Below are positions 58,734-64,000 of a stretch of DNA of 64,000 nt, piece after piece. The notes beneath the pieces were generated by a model. The model had not been told where the DNA came from, did not search any database, and worked only from the letters and a program-made list of their open reading frames with translations. How positions within the stretch are numbered: position 1 is the first letter of the stretch; each line of letters starts with the position of its first letter. Position numbers and translations under genes: made by a program. Origin of the DNA: an uncultured Clostridia bacterium (GTDB lineage Bacteria > Bacillota > Clostridia > Christensenellales > UBA1242); NCBI GenBank assembly GCA_937895935.1, contig CALBKX010000004.1, forward strand, positions 99-64,098, given 5' to 3'.

Positions 58734-59504
58734 ATGAGTTTTAAAGATTGGTTATTTACAAATTATCCAAGTGCTTCAAAAGTACAGCCTTGGGGGATAG
58801 CACATATTTTGACACTTGCTTTGTGCGTGTTTCTTATTATTGCAATTGCATTTTTATTTAAAAATAGAGATAAAAAAGCTAAAAGAACCGTTTTATGGGT
58901 GTTAGTTGGCTTAATTTTATTTTTTGAAATTGCAAGAAGAATTATTAATTTTGCAAAGTCAACAGATTTTTCATTTAATAGTATTTTACATACTTTATTG
59001 CCAAGACCTTGGTGTGCAATTTCTTGTTGGGCGTTAATTATTAGTGCTATATTTAATAAAAAATATATGTACAATTTTGCAAGCATAACATCACTTCTTT
59101 GTGCTATTATATTTTTTGCATATCCAGGTGTAGGTTTTAAAAGTCCATATTTCTTATTTGATGACCTTTATTCAGTTGTAACACATTGTTTGCTGTTAAT
59201 TACAAGTATTTCTTTAATGACTTTAAACTTTACAGCTTTTAGATATAAAAAAATTTGGAAAGTTGCTTTATGTTACATTGTTATTCTTGTTTACTCATTG
59301 CTTGAAATATATGTATTAAAAATAGAAAATGACCCAATGTATTTTATGCCTAATAATGATGTGCAAAATATTGTTGGATTTAGTTATTCTACATATTTGA
59401 TTATTTATATTGCATTTACGTTAATTTATTTCAATTTATTTTATATTATTTACGAATTAAAACGCAAAAAAGCTAGAAACAAAAATTTAATTGAGGATGA
59501 ATAA
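58734..59504 (+). CDS. polytopic membrane protein, distant paralog of 57516..58409
   Basis: The helix order and several blocks parallel the divergent neighbour, for example LPRPWCAISCWALIISAIF vs SWFINICGANIALFPFFF. Confidence 0.6.
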   Translation: MSFKDWLFTNYPSASKVQPWGIAHILTLALCVFLIIAIAFLFKNRDKKAKRTVLWVLVGLILFFEIARRIINFAKSTDFSFNSILHTLLPRPWCAISCWALIISAIFNKKYMYNFASITSLLCAIIFFAYPGVGFKSPYFLFDDLYSVVTHCLLLITSISLMTLNFTAFRYKKIWKVALCYIVILVYSLLEIYVLKIENDPMYFMPNNDVQNIVGFSYSTYLIIYIAFTLIYFNLFYIIYELKRKKARNKNLIEDE

Positions 59505-59549
59505 AATCAGTCTTTTTGTTGTTTCTTTCTTATACATAAATATGAATAA

Positions 59550-59598
59550 AAAAACAAGGAAAAATAGTGTTTAAATATACTATTTGCCTTGTTTTTTT
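59550..59598. terminator. bidirectional stem-loop between convergent genes
   Basis: ACAAGGAAAAATAGT / ACTATTTGCCTTGT stem flanked by an A-run and a T-run. Confidence 0.6.
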
Positions 59599-59655
59599 AG
59601 TAAATAATTTAAATATTTTAAAATTTTGAAAATCGAAACTTTTTTAAAGATATAT

Positions 59656-61065
59656 TTAATTTACCAAAAATTCTGTTCCATTTGGTGTATCTTTTAAAGT
59701 AATACCTTTTTGTAAAAGTTCATTTCTAATTTTATCTGCTAAAGCATAATCTTTTTGTTTTTTAGCATTTAACCTTTCTTCAATTTTTTCATTTATATAT
59801 GCCAATAATTCGCCGTCTAATTGCTCTTTGTTGCTATTTAACAAATTTAAACCCAAAACCTTGTCAAAATCTTCCACTAAGTATTTAATTGTTGCGGTAT
59901 TTAATGTTTCATCTTTTAAAACGTCATACAAGCAGGTAAGAGCAAGTGAAGTGTTTAAGTCATTTGATAAAGCATCGGCAAATTGGGTTTTGTACTTATT
60001 AACTTTTTCTTGATTTATTTCACCTGACGTATTTAAAGTTAAATTTTTTGTTTTTGCAAGTAATTTTTTGTATGCTGAATTAGCACCTTCAAATTTATCA
60101 AAATTAAACGTTAACGGATTTCTATAATGTGATTGTAAACAAAACAATCTGTACACGAGTGGATTATATCCTTTTTCGATTAATGAATCTACCGTTATAA
60201 AATTGCCCTTGCTTTTACTCATTTTCCCGTTTTCATTTTTTAAATGTTGTACGTGAAACCAATAATTACACCATTTATGTCCTAGATAACTTTCTGATTG
60301 TGCTATTTCATTTGTATGGTGAGGGAAAATATTATCAACTCCACCACAATGAATATCTAAATATTCACCTAAATATTTTAAACTTATTCCAGAGCATTCA
60401 ATGTGCCAACCCGGATAACCAAGTCCCCAAGGGCTCTCCCATTTTAATTCTTGACTATCAAATTTTGATTTTGTAAACCATAATGCAAAATCGCTTAAGT
60501 TACGTTTGTTATTATCAGCCTCAACACCTTCTCTTGCACCAACAACCATTTCATCAGCTTGGTGATTAGTGAGTTTATAGTAATCAACCAATTTACTAAC
60601 ATCAAAATATACGTTTCCGCCTGAGATGTATGCATATCCTTTTTTTAATAAGGTTTCAATTAATTCTATGTATTTGTCAATGCAAGAAGTAGCCTTTACA
60701 ACAATTTGTGGCCAAGAAATGTTAAGAGCTTTACAGTCTTTTTTAAATGCTTCTGTGTAAAAATTAGCAATATCCATAACTGATTTGTGTTCTTTTTTTG
60801 CACTGGCAATCATTTTATCTTCACCCGTATCACTATCACTTGCAAGATGTCCAACGTCTGTTATGTTCATAGCTCTTGTAACTTTGTATCCTAAATAATT
60901 TAATGACTTTTCTAAAATGTCTTCCATTAAGTATGACCTAAGATTGCCAATATGAGCAAAATGATAAACTGTCGGACCACAAGTATACATTTTTACTTCA
61001 CCTTGTTTATTTGGAACAAATTCTTCCACTTGTCTTGTAAGTGTATTATAAAGTTTGAGTGTCAT
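59656..61065 (-). CDS. cysS: cysteine--tRNA ligase
   Basis: The HIGN (FAHIGNLRSY) and KMSKS (GKMSKSKGN) motifs. ATG 61065 (MTLKLYNTLTRQ) has an AAAGGAG RBS; the track's extension to 61164 is unlikely. Confidence 0.92.
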   Translation of the reverse strand: MTLKLYNTLTRQVEEFVPNKQGEVKMYTCGPTVYHFAHIGNLRSYLMEDILEKSLNYLGYKVTRAMNITDVGHLASDSDTGEDKMIASAKKEHKSVMDIANFYTEAFKKDCKALNISWPQIVVKATSCIDKYIELIETLLKKGYAYISGGNVYFDVSKLVDYYKLTNHQADEMVVGAREGVEADNNKRNLSDFALWFTKSKFDSQELKWESPWGLGYPGWHIECSGISLKYLGEYLDIHCGGVDNIFPHHTNEIAQSESYLGHKWCNYWFHVQHLKNENGKMSKSKGNFITVDSLIEKGYNPLVYRLFCLQSHYRNPLTFNFDKFEGANSAYKKLLAKTKNLTLNTSGEINQEKVNKYKTQFADALSNDLNTSLALTCLYDVLKDETLNTATIKYLVEDFDKVLGLNLLNSNKEQLDGELLAYINEKIEERLNAKKQKDYALADKIRNELLQKGITLKDTPNGTEFLVN

Positions 61066-61143
61066 AAAATCTCCTTTTAACTTAAGTTTAAGTGTATCAC
61101 AATGGTTTTTTGTTTGGCAATCTTTTTGAAAGATATTTAAAAA

Positions 61144-61422
61144 GATGTAAATGTTTGCTTTCACTTTGAGCTTTGCATTTAATCACCAAGTGACGGTTAA
61201 ATGCTACTCGGGTATCGTTCAAGCAAAACATTTACATCTAGGGGCAAGAGGCCACTTGGCGAAGCAAGTTCTTCGAAGCATTGCAATGTTTGCTTAAGGC
61301 TCAAGCACTACGGGTTTTTGCTTACATAACTACGAGCAAAACCTTTTGCGATAAACTCGCTTAAAGCAAATCATTTACATCTTGTAGGGAATAGGACACT
61401 TGGCGAAGTGAAGGCTTCGAAG
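61144..61422 (+). repeat. two tandem structured repeat units (D 61144..61279, E 61280..61422) of the same family as 17541..17892
   Basis: Unit D has hairpin arms GATGTAAATGTTTGCTT / AAGCAAAACATTTACATC and tail TAGGGGCAAGAGGCCACTTGGCGAAGcaagttCTTCGAAG. Unit E has arms AATGTTTGCTTAAG / CTTAAAGCAAATCATT and tail TAGGGAATAGGACACTTGGCGAAGtgaaggCTTCGAAG. Confidence 0.6.
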
Positions 61423-61500
61423 AAAATTACAGGGTTTAAATGATTACTTATGCAAAGTTTGTTATTAATTTTTTTTTAAAATTGTAGACTAAGCGTTTTT

Positions 61501-61549
61501 TCATAAAAAACACACCTTTAAAAGAGTTTAACTTTTAAAGGTGTGTTTT
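61501..61549 (-). terminator. intrinsic terminator of the small membrane protein gene
   Basis: AAAACACACCTTTAAAAG / CTTTTAAAGGTGTGTTTT forms an 18-bp stem. The T-run is on the minus strand. Confidence 0.8.
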
Positions 61550-61647
61550 AAATTGTTTGTAGAAAATATTGCAATTTAATAATATTTTATTTTCATATTT
61601 TGTAATTTACTTTATTGTTTTTTAACAAAACTTCATATTTTGTATTA

Positions 61648-61875
61648 TTAAAAGCAACAAACAACCATTCCTGCTAAAATCAATACAAAACCAACAGTTA
61701 ATATAATAAGGTAAGTACGATCACTTTTATCAACTTCGCTTTGTTTTTTTATTACTCTTGTTAATTTTTTTGCAATTAAAACTGTTGCTATTCCAAGAAT
61801 TATAAAGGATAACCCAGCAATTCTTGCAGCAGAAAGAATCCATTCACTAAAAGCGTATAACATTAAACTAAACAT
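61648..61875 (-). CDS. small two-TM membrane protein (75 aa)
   Basis: GGAGG RBS, two hydrophobic helices, and a strong terminator downstream. Confidence 0.6.
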   Translation of the reverse strand: MFSLMLYAFSEWILSAARIAGLSFIILGIATVLIAKKLTRVIKKQSEVDKSDRTYLIILTVGFVLILAGMVVCCF

Positions 61876-62040
61876 TATTTATACCTCCAATTTTGTTTTT
61901 TTTAACTTAACTTTTTAACAAAAAGCATTTCTTATCTAAAATTTTACATTGTTATTTTACCATATGTTGATATTTTTTTCAATACCTTTTTTAACAATTT
62001 CTTTTTTATATGAATAGACTAGTGTAGAAAAGGAGGAAAA

Positions 62041-63054
62041 ATGAAAAAAATTTGTATTTTGCTTGCTTTTATGTTGACCGCTGTTTCAGCTTTAATGGTT
62101 GGCTGTGGAAGTCAAAAAGATTTAACAACAACAGTAAAAGTAAATGAAGTAACACATAGCATTTTTTATGCACCATTTTATGTTGCAATAAATAATGGCT
62201 ATTTTGCTGATGAAAAAATTGAGATAGAACTAACCAACGGTGGCGGTGCTGATGCATCTATGAGTGCAATACTAAGCGGTGACGCCGATATTGGACTTAT
62301 GGGCCCTGAAGCTTCTATATATGTCGTTCAAGGTGATGCAAAAGATAAACCGGTTGTTTTTGGTCAATTAACAAAACGTGACGGCTCTTTTATTGTCGCT
62401 AAAAATGAATATCCTAATTTTAAACTTAGTGATATGGTTGGCAAAGAAATTATCGGTGGGCGTCAAGGTGGCGTTCCAGCAATGACGTTAGAACATTGCA
62501 TTAAAAAAGCAGGTCTTGAAATTGGTACTGGAAGCAATAAAGTTAATTTGAACACAAGTGTCGCTTTTGCTAACACTGCTAGTGTTTTTGAAACAACATC
62601 AGCAGAATTCTGTACATTGTTTGAACCTACTGCAAGTCAACTTTGCAAAAGTAAAGGGTATCATATTGTAGCGAGTGTCGGTCTTGTTAGTGGTGAAGTT
62701 CCTTATACTTGTTTCCAAACAAAATCAAGTTTTTTAAGTGAAAATGAATATCTTTGTGAAAAATTCTTGCGTGCTGTTTATAGAGGCTATAGATTTTTAA
62801 TTAAAGCAAGTGTAGATGAAATATATTCTGCAGTTTCACCTTCATTTGTTGGTGTAGATAAAGATTTTATTATAACAAGTATAAAAAGTTATATTGAGTC
62901 AGATGCCTGGGTCGATAATCCTGCAATGACAAAAGAAGCTTTTGCAAGTTTACAAGATATTATGCAAGGTGCGGGTTATCTTGATACAAAGGCAGAGTTT
63001 AGTTCTGTTGTAAACAATAAAGTTGCAGAAAAAGTTTATAAATATTTTGCATAA
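62041..63054 (+). CDS. lipoprotein, ABC-transporter substrate-binding protein (NMT1/THI5, NitT/TauT-like)
   Basis: GGAGG RBS. Lipobox LMVGC. HSIFYAPFYVAINNGYF...GGGADASMSAILSGDADIG matches the NMT1-like pattern. Confidence 0.75.
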   Translation: MKKICILLAFMLTAVSALMVGCGSQKDLTTTVKVNEVTHSIFYAPFYVAINNGYFADEKIEIELTNGGGADASMSAILSGDADIGLMGPEASIYVVQGDAKDKPVVFGQLTKRDGSFIVAKNEYPNFKLSDMVGKEIIGGRQGGVPAMTLEHCIKKAGLEIGTGSNKVNLNTSVAFANTASVFETTSAEFCTLFEPTASQLCKSKGYHIVASVGLVSGEVPYTCFQTKSSFLSENEYLCEKFLRAVYRGYRFLIKASVDEIYSAVSPSFVGVDKDFIITSIKSYIESDAWVDNPAMTKEAFASLQDIMQGAGYLDTKAEFSSVVNNKVAEKVYKYFA

Positions 63055-63120
63055 CAATTTTATGAAATATTAAAATAAGGCATAAAAACATATTGCTAAA
63101 TTTTGTGAAAAATTAAAACA

Positions 63121-63162
63121 ATCTCCATAGTCAGTCATTTTTGACTAACTATGGAGATTTTT
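63121..63162 (+). terminator. intrinsic terminator
   Basis: ATCTCCATAGTCAGTCA / TGACTAACTATGGAGAT stem followed by TTTTT. Confidence 0.8.
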
Positions 63163-63441
63163 ATTTACTCTTTTTGCTAAATGAAGGGAGGTTAAACACA
63201 GTTTGCCTAAAGAGATTAAATAAATTAAAATCAACCACAATACCACATCCGCAACCAAAATTTTTAAAGATTTTTTTTGTCAATGATACTGAGGTTATTT
63301 TGATTTTTTACCACAGTGTTTAGCAAAACAAAAAAAATTTTAAACTTGATTTTTTTTCAAATTCAAGTTTAAAATTTTTTATGAAAACAAGCATGCTGTG
63401 GGGGAATTTGCATAGAGCAAATTTTATGTGTTGTTTTAAAT

Positions 63442-64000
63442 TTAATCTAAAAATTCGTGCAATAATGAATTTGTAGGTAGTAGGTCGGTTGATAATTTCT
63501 CACATTTTTTTAGCATTTCAATGAGTGGTCTTGCTTGCTCATTTTTTTCGTTTTCAAGCAAAGGTAATAATTTTTGTGCATACATCAAAGGTTCGTATGC
63601 GTGGGTCGAATTGATTAAATAATCCGCTGTGTTTTTATATGGTTTTATATATAAGTCTTCACCATTTAAAACATTTTGCCACATAGAAAAAGTATGTTCA
63701 AAACTTGCCCCTCTATTTAAAAAATCACGAATTAATCTACGCATTAATCTAACTTTTTGTGCAGGCATAATTATTTTATCGTTATAATCAAAATTGGAGT
63801 TTACGCAAATATAAATTCTGTACATTGCTTCATTATGCTTTTTAAACATAATTGGGTTTAATGCGTGAATTCCTTCCATAATTACAATTGTATTTGTATT
63901 TAATTTAATGTTTTTATATTTTTCTTCACGTTTACCAGTTTTGAAATTATACTCTGGCATTAAAGCTTCACCTTTTGTAAACATATCATCTACAAATTGA
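63442..64000 (-). CDS. uridine-kinase-family (nucleoside kinase-like) protein, N-terminus beyond the window
   Basis: The frame stays open to the window edge (…QFVDDMFTKGE). IVIMEGIHALNP matches the Udk-like pattern. Confidence 0.6.
   Translation of the reverse strand, partial: QFVDDMFTKGEALMPEYNFKTGKREEKYKNIKLNTNTIVIMEGIHALNPIMFKKHNEAMYRIYICVNSNFDYNDKIIMPAQKVRLMRRLIRDFLNRGASFEHTFSMWQNVLNGEDLYIKPYKNTADYLINSTHAYEPLMYAQKLLPLLENEKNEQARPLIEMLKKCEKLSTDLLPTNSLLHEFLD

Noticed and set aside
61066-61450. A T-box leader for cysS on the minus strand, suggested by the structured GC-rich region upstream of an aminoacyl-tRNA synthetase gene.
   Set aside because: There is no T-box consensus (GGGTGGTACCGCG) or its complement, and I could not identify a Stem I with a UGC/UGU specifier layout. 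A plausible cysS promoter lies between the structured units and the start codon. The same element also occurs downstream of lysS in the opposite relative orientation.
63141-63323. Track ORF of 60 aa on the + strand.
   Set aside because: It has a TTG start inside the loop of the terminator hairpin (63121..63162), has no RBS, and sits in the convergent-terminator region.

Overview
This is a low-GC (about 30%) Firmicutes-type chromosomal segment using the standard code (TGA, TAA and TAG all act as stops). It is densely packed with housekeeping genes. On the + strand these are tkt, uvrA, lysS, nrdD-nrdG, a prmC fusion, prfA, rplM-rpsI, gyrB-gyrA, tilS, pcrA-ligA, rpoZ and RNase J. cysS and tRNA-Gly(CCC) lie on the - strand. 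Between them are accessory or poorly characterised genes: two giant membrane-anchored surface proteins, three small XRE regulators, a His-rich CobW GTPase, an SPFH/zinc-ribbon pair and several hypothetical cassettes. No transposase, integrase, CRISPR array or rRNA was seen. Five things seem most worth a second look. (1) A family of GC-rich structured repeat units (variable long hairpin plus a conserved tail, TAGGGG..CCACTTGGCGAAG plus a mini-hairpin) occurs three times after lysS and twice beside the cysS promoter. (2) Directly downstream of the lysS copies is a tight three-gene operon: an intact calcineurin-like metallophosphoesterase, a paralog with eroded metal ligands, and a small zinc-ribbon protein. 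(3) At least five genes or ORFs have an extended -10 box (TGnTAnnAT) 6-7 nt before the ATG and no Shine-Dalgarno, which suggests leaderless mRNAs. (4) An XRE repressor gene faces a consensus promoter that contains a perfect 9-1-9 palindrome. (5) A NADAR-family gene is split by a frameshift in an A8 tract. All functional calls come from motif recognition by eye; no database search was run.
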